This document shows positions 13,581-26,429 of a stretch of 64,000 nucleotides of DNA, piece after piece (position 1 is the stretch's first letter; every line of letters begins with the position of its first letter). The notes under the pieces were generated by a model. The model searched no databases, was not told the origin of the DNA, and saw nothing but the letters and a program-made list of their open reading frames with translations. The DNA comes from Rhina ancylostomus (taxonomy: Eukaryota): the NCBI GenBank assembly GCA_030265395.1, contig JARFYF010000051.1, positions 25,602,201 through 25,666,200 on the forward strand, read 5' to 3'. The translations under genes and the position numbers were made by a program.

Positions 13581-16500
13581 TTCTGTTCTGTCTTGTTTGT
13601 CAAGATCACAACAGAGTATCTTAAGGATGAGGTGGAGTTTAAGGTTTTAGTCATGTTAATGGACAATTGATACACATCTGAGTAATAAGAATTTGGAAAG
13701 AAGGTTTTAAGGAAATAAACAATTGCTTTCAATATGCACTGAATTCTGAAACCAAACCAACACATAAAAGCAAACCAAACAAAGTTGTCCAATAATATAC
13801 TAGAAAACAGGGAGCAGCGTGACACAAGATAGAACACAATTGTGTACTGGAGGGTTACAGAGTCCAAGAGCTCAAACGAGGCAACACTCAACAGATCCAC
13901 TAGTGCACCTAATAATGCACTAAAGTCCTCGAAATTGTCACATTCCCAGAATACTACGTTCAATGTCCGCACAATTGCAGCAATACCTGTTGACCTCCCT
14001 TCCTCCAGAGGTGGCAGTACAATCTTTAGAAATAATTACAGGATTCCCAATTATTTTCACTTGAATGAAGAAAAATTTCTGTTGGGTCCAGAAGGGAAAA
14101 TATGCAAATATCTGCCAGAAGGCTTAAAAAACTTCAGAGATTTTAATAATAAAACATCCCAAAAACTATGCCATTGTTATCCTTGTGGGTAAATGGCCAC
14201 AATCAAATGGAGAAAATGGGTCAGAAAAATAAAAAAACTGATGGTCCAACACAAAACTGGGGACCTGAGCCTCAGTCTCCTCAGTAGGGAATAGACCGAA
14301 CTGTATAAAAGTGAAAGGAAAATATCAAAGACAGAGCTGGGTAATTTTACTAGGGTATATTCACAATATTGTGAGCCTATGCAACTAACTTGGTTATGCT
14401 AGAAGCTTCACTTTACTTCCAGAATTGAATGTATTGTTTACTGAGAAAACGAACAACTCAACTAAGCTCCTTGGGGGTGAAAAAAAACTTTTTACAGCAA
14501 TTTTATTTGGCTCTGTTTCATATCACTTGATTTGTTCCTTTATGTATTTAGCAGATCCTAATTAGTAGCTTTCATTACCAGTCCTCCCATTTTAATTGGT
14601 ACATTGCCAACTTTCTCTGTTTTAGTTTGTTACAGGCTTCCTAACATGAGATCACAGAAAAGAGGAGCCAGTGTAATAGATCATTAAATTTGTATCATTT
14701 AATATAAGGTGGGACACAATTGTGTTCTGCGCAATTATATTTCAGGAACTGTAAAGTTGCCCAGAGAGGAGGAACTACAAAATAAATACCATCTATTGGA
14801 AGAGCTCCTCGGCACTGCTCACAGTGCGGACATAGACCCAGAATTTCCTGCTAGGATGATATGACAATCTTTGCCATTCATGCTGCTATATGTTGCCCAT
14901 AGACCTTTGCCATCTTGTCAGTGGAGACTTCCACTACACTGGGTGCCACTACAGTACAGCATCCTTCGTTGGGCATCCAACAACAGGGGAAGCAACATTG
15001 AGGCTCTCTGCTGGTACATTCTGAGCGCACTCAGGATGGCTGGTTCGAGGTGGATGATGCAGCTTCTGAAGCACAGGGGGGACATATTCTACAGTCCAAA
15101 ATCATCGGTCAGGGTTCTGCCTGCACCAGAGGACATGGAGCCCAAGATTCAGCAGTGATGGGAGAGCTAGGTAGGCTTCTGGCAGCATAAAAAGAGAGGT
15201 TTTAACCTTTCAAACAACAAGGATTCAAGCCGTGCCATGGGGAAGAGGCTAAGCTTCCGATATTATTACAGTCTGGGAGTCTATGTGTGACAGCAACTGG
15301 GAGAAATTCCCAGGTCTGGTTGGACTGGAAGAGGTGTCTGCTTCTGGGATCAGAACCAAGGGAAGTGCCGGCATAGAGATGACTCCAGTGTATGGCGTAC
15401 ATGGGTAGAGAGATTTGGGAGGATTACCTGGGTAGTAGCAATTTTACGGAAAGTTCAAAGAAATGATGACACCTTGCAATGTCAGGGAGATTTGAAAGCA
15501 ATGGGAGGGGAACCCCTTCTGTTCCATGGTACAAGGGACGGCGGACAACAAATTTTACACCAGTCTGCAAAGAGCCAGTTAACACTTGCCCAACGCATAC
15601 TCAGACAATCCATCTTGTCACAGACCGAAGCATAATACTTCAGGCATATCCAAAACAAGCTTTTAGTGCTTTGTACATCTTACATTGCATTTTATAACTG
15701 ATTAATGATTGCTATCAACAAATGCAGCAAAGGCACTGAAAACCAGCTTCAAAATAAGAATGGGTCTGAACAGCATGACAGGGCGACAGAATGAGAAAGT
15801 CAACACACTGTTTAAGTTAAACTAAAATTCAGGCAAGACAGAAGTTCTAGTTCATCAGCATTTCTCTTCCAATGACAACATTTGGATTTTGTGGAGCATC
15901 ATCACCACATTCTTCTGAGGGATCATCAAGATGTGAAAGGTTGGGTGGAGACAGATTGCCTATATTGCCATCCCAGAGACAAAAAAAGGAAGAACAACCA
16001 CCACAGAATTTCACCAAAGCATATTTATAAGCAAAAGAGAATTGTCTGGCAAAAACTATACTGGGAATTTTGAGTCAAACATTTTTAGAATCAATTTATT
16101 ATGGAATCTTGTTGCTGGTATTGAAATCTGAAAATATTATAATTTTGCTTCAATAGTTCTGTTCTTCAGTTGGTGGAAATACAATTTTTCCACATTTTAG
16201 GATGAACAAAATCCTTCCTAATATTAATGGGTTCAGGTGGTGTTATAGTCACCTGCATTCTCAGTAGTCAGTGGGTTTGTGAAAGATTTCAAAGTCTGCA
16301 ACTGCTGCCATTCTGACTAGGATTTCTATTCCACATAATCCACCCACTTCCATGCAGAAAACATTAAAGAACTGGATTCTAGCACGTTGGAGTCTTAAAT
16401 CAATAATGCCCAGAAGACAAGTTTTCAGACAGATAAATATAGATCTTGTCACTTTTAACTATTCCCAGCAAATGAATTAGTAAAGTTATAAATCATATAG

Positions 16501-16862
16501 CTTGTGACATAATTGAATGCTTTAGTCTGCAAGTATAAGAGTACACATGGTACTTGACTGGGAATTGTACCTGTGGCAATACTTTTCAACATACAATTCA
16601 TAACAAAACCACCAGCAAGTAGAGAGGATAAAGAAGTTGAGACGTCAAGTCTAGTTTGAGTAAATTATTCAGATTCCGATGGATTCACCAGCAATTAGTC
16701 CAGCCACAGTTTGCTTCTGTTTAACTGGCACACAAGGATAAGCATTGTTTCACTGATGTATTGCCAAGTAGTGTTACAAGGACTTTAAAGTACACATTTT
16801 TCTTATCAAAATACTTCCATCCTGTGCATGCAATGTAAATGCCACTATTATGCTTGTATATA

Positions 16863-17668
16863 GTCAAAGTCAAAATCAAGTTTATTGTCGTATGCACAAG
16901 TACACAAATGAACAAGTATTACAGGTGCAATGAAAAAATTTGTTGCAGCAGCATTACAGGCACATAGCATCATATAAGCAGCATTCACAAGAACATAAAT
17001 TAAACATAAATTATACACAATCTTTACAAGAAAGAACAAAATTAGAACAAAAGAAAAGTCCATTTTAGAGCAAAGTGATCAACGTGGTCACAGTGTTGCT
17101 AAACTGTGATGATTAGGGTTTTGCTCGTTGGTTCAAGAACTGAATGGTCAAAGGGCCGACAGTAGCCGTGAGAAAATGGCATGGCTCGGATGGTGGGGAT
17201 CTTTGATGATGGATGTTGCCTTCTTGAGGTAGTGCCTCCTGTAGATTATATTGATGGTGGGGAGGGATGTGCCCGTGACGTATTGGGCAGAGACCACTAG
17301 TCTCCACAGCTTCTTGCATTCCTGCACATTTGAATTGCTGTACCAGACCATGATGCAACCAGTCAGAATACTTTCAATAGTACACTTGTAGAAGTTTGTT
17401 AGAGTGTTCAGTGACAAGTATAGATGCTGGTGCACCTTCCCTGTGATTGCATCTATGTGTTGGACCCAGGACACATCATCTGATATGTTAATGTGCAGAA
17501 ATTTAGAATTGCTGATCCACCAATGTATACAAGTGTATGTTTGCCCTCCTTCCCCTTCCTGAAGGCAACGATCAGTTGGTTAGTTCTACTGACGTTGAAC
17601 AAAAGGTTGTTGTTGAGGCATCACTCAAGCAGGTGTCCTACGTCGCTCCTGTATACTGACTCACCAGC
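16863..17668 (-). mobile_element. Rex1/Babar-clade LINE, 5'-truncated and degenerate
   Basis: Minus ORF TNFYKCTIESILTGCIMVWYSN...KKATSIIKDPHHPSHAIF is the Rex1-type post-RT region; 3' tail aataaacttgattttgactttgac. Confidence 0.88.
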
Positions 17669-17877
17669 AAGAGATATAGTTTGAGAGGAATACATGGAGA
17701 ATGGAAAATGGAGGAATAAAGAGGATGTGGATGTAAGTGATAACTAGAGAGTGAAGGAAAACAAATATAGAGTGAAAAGTAATGAGAGAGTTGAAAAAGA
17801 AAAAAGTTAGGAAGATATAATGGCACAAAGAAAAAAAATGAATTAATGAGAAGGACAACTAAAGGATACTGCTATTT

Positions 17878-18228
17878 TTGTGGTTCAGCAAGGAAAGTAG
17901 CTGCCTCACAGCTCCAGTGACCCAGGTTCAATCTTGACCTCTGGTGTTGTCTGTGTGGGGTTTGCACATTCTCCCTGTGACCATATGGTTTCCTCAGGAT
18001 GCTCTGGTTTTCTCCCACATCCCAAAAAAACCTGAGGTTTGATAGTTTAATTGAGCACTCTAAACCCTAGCATGTAAGTAAATGGTAAAATTTAGGGAAG
18101 AGATAGAGGGACATGGGAAAAATAAAATGTGCTTGGGTAGGATTCACATATAAAAAGGGTGCTTGATTATTGGTGTGGACTCAGTTGGCCGAAGGGCCTG
18201 TTCCTGTGCTGATTCATGATTCTCTGTG
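17878..18228 (+). mobile_element. HE1-type V-SINE
   Basis: A-box-like tggttcagcaagg, B-box ggttcaatc, V-domain gtttgcacattctccctgtgacc...ggtttcctcaggatgctctggttttctcccacatccc, and CR1-shared tail ggccgaagggcctgttcctgtgctg. Confidence 0.88.
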
Positions 18229-18313
18229 AATTTTTGTTTCATTTTTATCCATACACAATGCTAAAGAAGATCAATAGTGTAACGATGGAAAAAACAGGTT
18301 GCTCATACAGTAC

Positions 18314-18473
18314 CTTTTCATAATTCTCAATAAGAATCTCAACCACAATGTTCTGAAATTTAATGTTCATCATCGCTGCCACAGTCTCCTCTTGAGATCT
18401 CATTAGCGTTGGCCCAAAAATAACACCCAAATTAGAAACAGTCATCAGGTTTTTTTGACTGTGAGTAGACACC
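18314..18473 (-). CDS. ARHGAP42: Internal coding exon of a GRAF-family Rho GTPase-activating protein (end of RhoGAP domain), most like ARHGAP42; OPHN1 not excluded
   Basis: atttcag|G GTG TCT...GAA AAG|gtactg; 160 bp, phase 2 in, phase 0 out. Translation [53 protein letters not shown] carries the RhoGAP N-x-M-x-x-x-N-L-x-x-x-FGP-x-L motif and the GRAF signature [28 protein letters not shown] and QEET favour ARHGAP42 over OPHN1. Family is certain, paralog moderately so. Confidence 0.88.
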
Positions 18474-18908
18474 CTGAAATTATAGAATATGAAAATATTT
18501 AAGTACTGTGTACAGCTGTGTCTGCATTTCAAATGTATTGTTAATTAGAAGATAAATATTAAAATAAAATAGCTGAATCTCTAATAATCCTAGCAAATTA
18601 GCTGAAAGAAATTATTAAAGTCCAGCTTATTATCATCCATCTCAAGCAACTTCTAGTTGCTTTCTCTACTAAGGATCTCTCCTGTGTACAAGCCACCTTT
18701 GCTGTCGTACCTACTGTTAGCTCCATATATCCATCGTCCTTGTGTAAATTACTTGCACTAAAACTGACTGTTTAGTTTTGGAACTTGAGCCTTTACAAGT
18801 TGTTAATTNNNNNNNNNNNNNNNNNNNNNNNNNNNNNNNNNNNNNNNNNNNNNNNNNNNNNNNNNNNNNNNNNNNNNNNNNNNNNNNNNNNNNNNNNNNN
18901 NNNNNNNN

Positions 18909-19100
18909 CAGATACTATCACTCACATACACATTAAGGACAATTTACAGTGGCCAATTAACCTACCAACCTGCATGTCTTTGGGATGTGAGAGGAAACTG
19001 GAGCACCCAGAAAGAATCCACATGGACAGTACCCGAGGTCAGGATTGAACCCAGCTCTCTGGTACAGTGAGCCAGCAGCTCTACTAGCTGTGCCTCTGCA
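18909..19100 (-). mobile_element. HE1-type V-SINE, 3' part lost in gap
   Basis: gtctttgggatgtgagaggaaactggagcacccagaaagaatccaca...ggattgaacc is the reverse complement of the V-domain and B-box. Confidence 0.85.
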
Positions 19101-19961
19101 TAAAATGAATGAGGTGAATTGAACTGCATAAACTAGACCCGGAAGATGGAAGCATATTTTATGTTGGGAGTGCATTAGTTCAATAGACTCGCTTTCCTCA
19201 TTATATATCCTAATAAATACAAAACCAATTAGGAATCCTGCTGATAATCTATTATTCAGGTTTGCATTCAAAACTTCTTTTTTCAAACTCTCTATATATA
19301 GAACAAATAATGAACTGCAAATAAGTTTAGTTCCTTTATATTTGGTTTTCTTGTACAAACTCAAATGATCAATGTATTGGCAGAGTACAGAAATTATTAT
19401 AGTTATTGAGATGAAGAACACACCTGTCATTAAAAAATTAGTACTTGCTAGCAAACAGCATATGGTAGTTCTTTGTGGAAAAGGGGACATTTGAATGTGA
19501 CCTTGTTCTACTTGGAAGTGCACAGAATATTGTTATATTGACAAACATAATTGCAAAATTCTGTGCACCTTGCAAATAATTATTACAGGGAGCTGGAACT
19601 GAAGAACGAACATTGTGGATCATGGGGACCTCCACTGTGATCTCTGCTGCAACATCACACTAGAGGAAACACTTAACAGATCAATAGATCTCCCNNNNNN
19701 NNNNNNNNNNNNNNNNNNNNNNNNNNNNNNNNNNNNNNNNNNNNNNNNNNNNNNNNNNNNNNNNNNNNNNNNNNNNNNNNNNNNNNNNNNNNNNTTAACA
19801 GATCAATAGATCTCCCTAACCAAGCAACTGTGCCTATTTTAAAAGGTTAGTATCAACAAGTACAATTCATACAGTGGGAATAATAATCCACGGCCTATTA
19901 CATTTTTGCATGTTGCAGAATTGAATCTTATCCCAAACATTCACACTTCTCATATCCCCTT

Positions 19962-20255
19962 ATGATATAGAAGGAGGCCATTCTGTCAGCTCTCAGAACA
20001 ATTTAATCTATCCCCGTCACTTATTTTCCCTGTATTCTTTCAGNNNNNNNNNNCCCCTTAGTACTCCCAGATTCTATCTGTAGCCACTTATGCTAAGGAT
20101 AATTTCCGGTAAACAATTAACCTAATGGCCAGCCGTCACTGGGTTGTGGAAGAAATCGGATTAGTTGGAGGAAACCCGTGCAGTTACAAAAGACAACACC
20201 AGAGGTCTAGATTAAACTCGGGTCACTGGAGCCATGAGGGAGTAACACTATTAGT
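19962..20255 (-). mobile_element. Diverged V-SINE
   Basis: ggaggaaacccgtgcagttaca...agacaacaccagaggtc...gggtcactggagccatgagg. Confidence 0.7.
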
Positions 20256-21699
20256 GCTATGCGTGATCAGCAACATGATATACACATGAAATTCTTCCAA
20301 AATGTATCATGCTATCCTCCATGCATATGGCAGCTGTGCACTGAGGCCACAGGTATGCACAATGTGCAATAAACAACTGACACCGTCCCACCAATTTCTA
20401 ACTGTGAATACACAGTTTGTGAGTGTGATGGTAACTAAGGCAATGGTAGGTGAAGGCAAGCTCCTCCATTCTAACCTGGCTGGACCTTTGCCAGAGAGGC
20501 TGACAATTCCTCTTGAATGGTCCTGAGATCATCCTTTTGCAAAGCAAGATCTTTTTCTAGTTGCCTTGCAATCCCCAACCATATAGTCTCTGCCTGGAAG
20601 ACCATCTCCGGTGGTACACTGTCCTTTGTCCAACCAAGGCTTCAGTATGCACCCATATAAGCTGAGCCCCATTCAAAATTGCCCAAAGTGCCATGAAGCA
20701 GTTGTTCCCAATGGGCACTGCCACCTGAAATAAAATGCTGGCATGGCTGAAAATGGTGGAAGAAAGTCTCTGCTTCTTGCACAAATTTGGCCTAAAATGA
20801 ATTTTATGCAAAGATGACCATGACTCAGAATTCTAATCTGCATAATGCATTGCACATTATATACTTTGGAATATCACTCCCCCAAAGCCTTTCCCTGGGT
20901 TGAAGAGCTCCTGGCTCATTTTATCTGTAGGAAGGCCACTTGATAATATTGTTGCACATTTACAAACTTGTTTTATTCACTTCAGGATCTTAAAGAGTAT
21001 TACAGGTTTGCCCAACATTTTGATGTTGTTGGGAAAAGATAATAAAACACTCCAATTGTTTTTCCTTCCTTTTCCAAAAATAGGGGCTGAGAAAATTCTA
21101 GTGCATCAATTAGTGCATTGATCTGAAGCAGGTTATGCAGATTGGCAACAAAACTGTAGGTAAATGTTCTACCCATCAGTAGGCTGGCCAGTCCAGCACC
21201 GTGCTGCAAGACTGTGTTGTCCCAGGAGTGCACTGCAAGTTATGTCATCACATGCAGCCCTGATGTGGATGACATCACAAGTGTGACTCACAACAGGAAA
21301 TGCTCAGGCAATCTTTTTCAAGTGGACCAGAAGTGGTCCATGTCATGTTTCACACTGGGGAGTCAGAATGAACAAATTTCTTTCGCATCATGTTGAAAAA
21401 AATATGCACTTGTATTTCCAAGCAATATTCTTTCTTCCGTTAGAGGAACCAAAAGCAGAATTGAGGCTGAAGTTCAGTCCTAAGAGTGCTGAAAGGTTGA
21501 GCACATGGCTTACATCTGCTCTCATGTTCTTAAAAAAACCTACAGAAGAATGATGGTTAATCTGCATTGTTTGCCGCAGTCTTCAACAAGGACAGATGGA
21601 ATCTGTGTGATTTATACAAGGCATGGTATATTATAAAATGTCTGAATTAATTCTTGTACATTTTAGTGCATATGGTGATTGTGAGAATTCTTCCCTTCA

Positions 21700-21865
21700 T
21701 ACTTTTTCTGTCATTTGATAGTTATGTGATATTTAACATCCACCTGAATGAACAGATGGAACTTTAGTTTATTGTCCCATACAGAAAATTACATCATTCA
21801 AAATTCAGTGCTATCGCAGTGATGTGCTGGTGTGATAGTTTAGATAATGAGTAAAAACTGTGTGC
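21700..21865 (-). mobile_element. Ancient DeuSINE-like (SacSINE1/AmnSINE-type) fragment
   Basis: acatccacctgaatgaacagatggaactttagtttattgtcccat resembles the reverse complement of the DeuSINE central region; heavily diverged. Confidence 0.45.
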
Positions 21866-23171
21866 CTTGTGCAGAAATATGTCATGAATGTATCAACCTA
21901 GAAATTACTTTCCTGCTTTTTACTTGTGTTAAAACAGTGTTATATGACATGCTAACACTTGTTTCAAAAAGGACCAATAGGATTGTAATATTCCATTGTG
22001 TGATTTGGAAAGCAACTGTGCCCGTCTCTCTGCAGTAATAATGTGCTGTTGATCTACCGCAAAGTTTCACAATGGCTGGCACTTAAGTCTAACTGCTGTG
22101 ACATCTGGGTCCAGTCCTTAAAGTGACACATGCACAATATTAAGGTGCATTTTTGAAACCACTGCAGAGTGCTGCTTCTTCCAGAGTGCTGTAAAGATGA
22201 ATGAGGTGAAGAAGGTTACTCCTGTGCTCTCAGAGCAGGACCTGGATTGGAGGATGAGAAACAGTGCCCCCGGGAGGCATGTTCTTTATTCGAGGGAGAC
22301 CCTTCAATGATACAGCAGGAGGTTGCCAGTGGAGTCTCACTAAGGAGCAATAATAGATGAGTGCAATTAATGACTGCTCGCAAAGGTAGCAATGCCCCCA
22401 TGCATCTTTACCTGCTCCTGCGGCTAAAGGAAAAGTAGACAATGCTTCTCCCTCAACAGGGAGCTTGAGTGGCCTCCCTAATGCAGTGGAGAACAAAAAA
22501 ACTGTGATTTGTGGAATCCAGAACAAGCCTGAAGTGAGGCAACGGAGCATGACTATAGTCTTGACCTTGATGGACAAAGCAGTCCAGCAATGTGTGAGAG
22601 TCTACATTTGAAGTCACAGGACTGTCTGGGTGAAGGATTTCCTGCATAGACATTGTTTCCCTGAGACATCTAGATACAAGTTCATGACCCTGCAAACTGG
22701 GTCTTGGCTGATAAGACCTTCTAAGCCACTTGCCACATGTGTTGATGACTGCCTGTGATGCCTCAAACTCCAGTGTTCTGTTTGCACATCATGCAGTAAG
22801 GGGAGTGGATGACATGAAGATGGATGCTTCTAACACTTAGGTTTTGGGTACAGAACTGCAGCTGGAAGTGCAAAGGTGGCTCAGTCCAAAGCGTGGGCTG
22901 CGTGTAGTGTATGATGTGAGTCTGCAGGGTGCTGAGATCTGCCTGGCAATGAATGCAGATTGAGCGTTGGCACTTTAAATGTTGTGGCTTCAGGGAAAGC
23001 AGCACTGATAAAAACCCAGCAGTTCATTCAGAATCGTGATGTTGAAAATCTCACTGACACTGAAAATTGAGAATTGTTGACACCATTTCGGGGAGTTTTA
23101 CACAAGACACATATTTCCAGTGTTAATGGAAATTCTGATGGAAAAATCAGGACTCAGCTGTTCCACTGGGT

Positions 23172-23755
23172 NNNNNNNNNNNNNNNNNNNNNNNNNNNNN
23201 NNNNNNNNNNNNNNNNNNNNNNNNNNNNNNNNNNNNNNNNNNNNNNNNNNNNNNNNNNNNNNNNNNNNNNNNNNNNNNNNNNNNNNNNNNNNNNNNNNNN
23301 NNNNNNNNNNNNNNNNNNNNNNNNNNNNNNNNNNNNNNNNNNNNNNNNNNNNNNNNNNNNNNNNNNNNNNNNNNNNNNNNNNNNNNNNNNNNNNNNNNNN
23401 NNNNNNNNNNNNNNNNNNNNNNNNNNNNNNNNNNNNNNNNNNNNNNNNNNNNNNNNNNNNNNNNNNNNNNNNNNNNNNNNNNNNNNNNNNNNNNNNNNNN
23501 NNNNNNNNNNNNNNNNNNNNNNNNNNNNNNNNNNNNNNNNNNNNNNNNNNNNNNNNNNNNNNNNNNNNNNNNNNNNNNNNNNNNNNNNNNNNNNNNNNNN
23601 NNNNNNNNNNNNNNNNNNNNNNNNNNNNNNNNNNNNNNNNNNNNNNNNNNNNNNNNNNNNNNNNNNNNNNNNNNNNNNNNNNNNNNNNNNNNNNNNNNNN
23701 NNNNNNNNNNNNNNNNNNNNNNNNNNNNNNNNNNNNNNNNNNNNNNNNNNNNNNN
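23172..23755. other. Assembly gap, the largest of 11 (584 N); others at 1203, 1847, 18809, 19695, 20044, 30277, 35561, 46525, 53883, 60048
   Basis: N runs; several are exactly 100 N, which usually means unknown size. Confidence 0.99.
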
Positions 23756-23994
23756 CCAAGGGTCACTATCAGGGAGACAGGTGACCAAAGTGGCTTCTTG
23801 GCATGGCTGACATACCCATAGAGACATGACCAGCGTTAACAGCTCAGTAACAGAATTAAGATAAGATTCACAGTCTATTATCTGGTTTCTTGTAATAGGA
23901 TCAACACGTGGAGGTCTGGTTTCCACAAACAAAAAGTGAAGCCAAGGCAATTTGTCTACCAAGAAAATAGTTCAGTTCATTAAAAAAATCTGTT

Positions 23995-24395
23995 CAGAGG
24001 ATTTGGGTTTTTACTAGCAAAGCCAGCACTTATTTGTTGCCATTCCTGGTTCATTACGTGTCAAAGCCTTCTTGAACCACAGCCTCCGTTGTATTCTCTG
24101 CAGTGATTCTGGTACTTTTCCATGGTTGGCTGAACCAATTCAGAAGGCACTTAAGAAGCAAATGCATCAATATATATAAACTGATATATAAACGGAAGAG
24201 ATTGGATTAGGAAACTGGGCTACCTTCCTTCAGAGGCATTAGTGTCCCAGCTGGGTTTTACCAGAACAGTAGCTTCATGTTCACACTCATTGGCATAAGC
24301 TTTTTATTTTAAAATGTATTTAATTTTCTAAATTGTTATGGTGTGATTTGAACCACTTTTCTACAGATTATTGGTCCAGTAACATAATCATAATA
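23995..24395 (-). mobile_element. Degenerate tRNA-derived SINE with CR1-like tail
   Basis: gcaaagccagcacttatt tail, cattagtgtcccagctgggtttta body, and gatttgaacc B-box (reverse complement). Confidence 0.55.
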
Positions 24396-25749
24396 AGGCA
24401 AAGCTGAACAAGAGACCTACTGGGCCACATTTAGTTGTGCAGTTAGAGATAGAAACTTCTAATTCAACAATAAGAGATACTTGGGTAATCTTAGGAAGGC
24501 TTCCATCAATTGAAACAATCTATTACTAATGTGAAGTTTATCCTGACATAAAAGAAATATGAGAAAATCAGAAGCTGAGCACGGAGTTTTCACTCTGTTT
24601 TCAATCAATAAATTCAACTGTGAGACTATTGAAAAAGAGCAGAAAGGGAAAGCTTCGGAGAATGATGCTGTAAACAGCCCCCATTACACATCATAAAAAA
24701 GATCCATTGCTGTGGGTTTATTTCTGATGGCTTGAGAGATTATTTGATGTGTAACATCACCCAGGGATAGAAACCCTGCTGAACAAGGGCTGCTACCTTC
24801 CTGGCATGTAGGAAGCAAGAAAAGAAAAAAAAGTGATGAGAAAGATGTTCAATACCAAGCAGTGTAGTGCTCATTCTGAAACTGAATCAATATAGGAAGA
24901 ATAAAATAATAACAATTCACCTACATCGGCCCAGTGACGTTCTAAGAAAAGCACATGTCTGTGAAAATGCTCTGAGCGCGAAAGATTGGAATGCCAAACC
25001 TTTTGATGCTTGTTTGAGTGGTTCCTGCTGATTTTGAGTAATGCTTGAAGTAGCATTAGTGGACATGGATTTGTAACCTCAACATTTAACCAAATCTCAG
25101 TATTTGTCATGCTTTTGCAAGTGTGCTTTGGGCTAACCCTCAATAACATTTTTTACAACTACTGTCCTTCACTGATTTTGATATAATTTTTACAAATGGA
25201 ACTCATGTTTGCAAGACTTGGAATAATGCTTGTGACAACCACATGGGTAGCCCAGCTTATCATTTGCATCATAATATTATCATTTGGTACACTTTATTCT
25301 AGATATGCAAAATATTGGGCCAACTGTGCTGCTGGATCCTTTCAGATCCATTCGCTGGTTGGGGTGTGTGCATCAGCACATTCTGGACTTCTGCCCACTC
25401 TGAGTCCAGGCATATTCCATAACTTACTGAGTTGAAGAGCCAGGTACATTTTATAGCTAGTTTCTCAGCTTTCCACCAGCCAAAGCTGGTGCACGTGACA
25501 TGGCCTTATTCATTTGAATGAGGTTGCCAACCTTAATTAAAAAGTTAGCTGTGCCAGTAAGACATTCATGGAGCCACAAGTCACTGGAAGCTCTGAGGCC
25601 ACATAATATTTGGGCATTCTTGGGGCTAAAGTGGTGAACAAATTGCATGACATGTGATCCAACCCATCTTGTCCAACTACACTTAAAGGGCATCAAGGTC
25701 TCAGAGAAAGCGCTGAGATGATTTCACAAATTGATATTGACGGTGACAA

Positions 25750-26190
25750 ACTTAAAGAAAACAGAAGCTGAATTTTTTTTCTCCTCAGAGCAGAGAACCT
25801 TAAATGGAGATCTGATAGCTATATTCAAAATTACGAGGAGGTTTTATATAAATAGATGGCTGATAGCTTGTTTCCATGGGTACGAAGAACAGTAGCCAGA
25901 AGGTACAGATTTCAGATATTTGGCAAAAAGCAAAAGTGAAGGGTGGAAGTGAAGAGAATTTTGTTTCATACATTGAGTTATGACGACCTAGAATGTTTCA
26001 CCTCACAGGTGATGGAGGCAGATTTGGCCATAACTTCTGAAATTAAGTTGCATAGTACTTGAAGCAAAAACAGAAAGGCAATGGGCGAAGAGCAGGGGAG
26101 CAGAGCTGCAGATCAGCTCCTTCGAAGTGCTGGTACTGATAAGATTATGTCAAATGGTCTCACAATTCTGTGCTGATTGATTCTCTGTTA
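25750..26190 (+). mobile_element. Old CR1 LINE 3' fragment
   Basis: ttctcctcagagcagagaaccttaaatggagatctgatagctatattcaaaatt (FSxEQRxLxGDLIxxFKI). Confidence 0.7.
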
Positions 26191-26429
26191 TCAAATCTGT
26201 GCTCCACGGAGCCATAAACTGCATCACAGCTAGCCCCACAGGGAACTGACTTTTATGGAAAACAGGGAATGCCTTTTGCAGTTTAGGAGAAGATTGCTGC
26301 TCTCGTCAACACAAGAGAATGGAATATTTTAAAAGTTGTGTCCTTTAACTCAGATGTATATAAAAAAAATTAGAGCTCGAGAAAGAGACTAACATAAAAT
26401 GTTTCCCTCTTCAGAATATGTTACACTTC

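Noticed and set aside
17878-17945. tRNA-like A/B boxes
   Set aside because: This is the head of a V-SINE, not a tRNA gene.
23074-23962. 200-270 aa ORFs in the track
   Set aside because: Artefacts of translating the 584-N gap.
25590-25660. VHHFSPKNAQIL resembling RhoGAP VHKLPEKNREML
   Set aside because: No matching splice sites or flanking KHL motif; coincidental.
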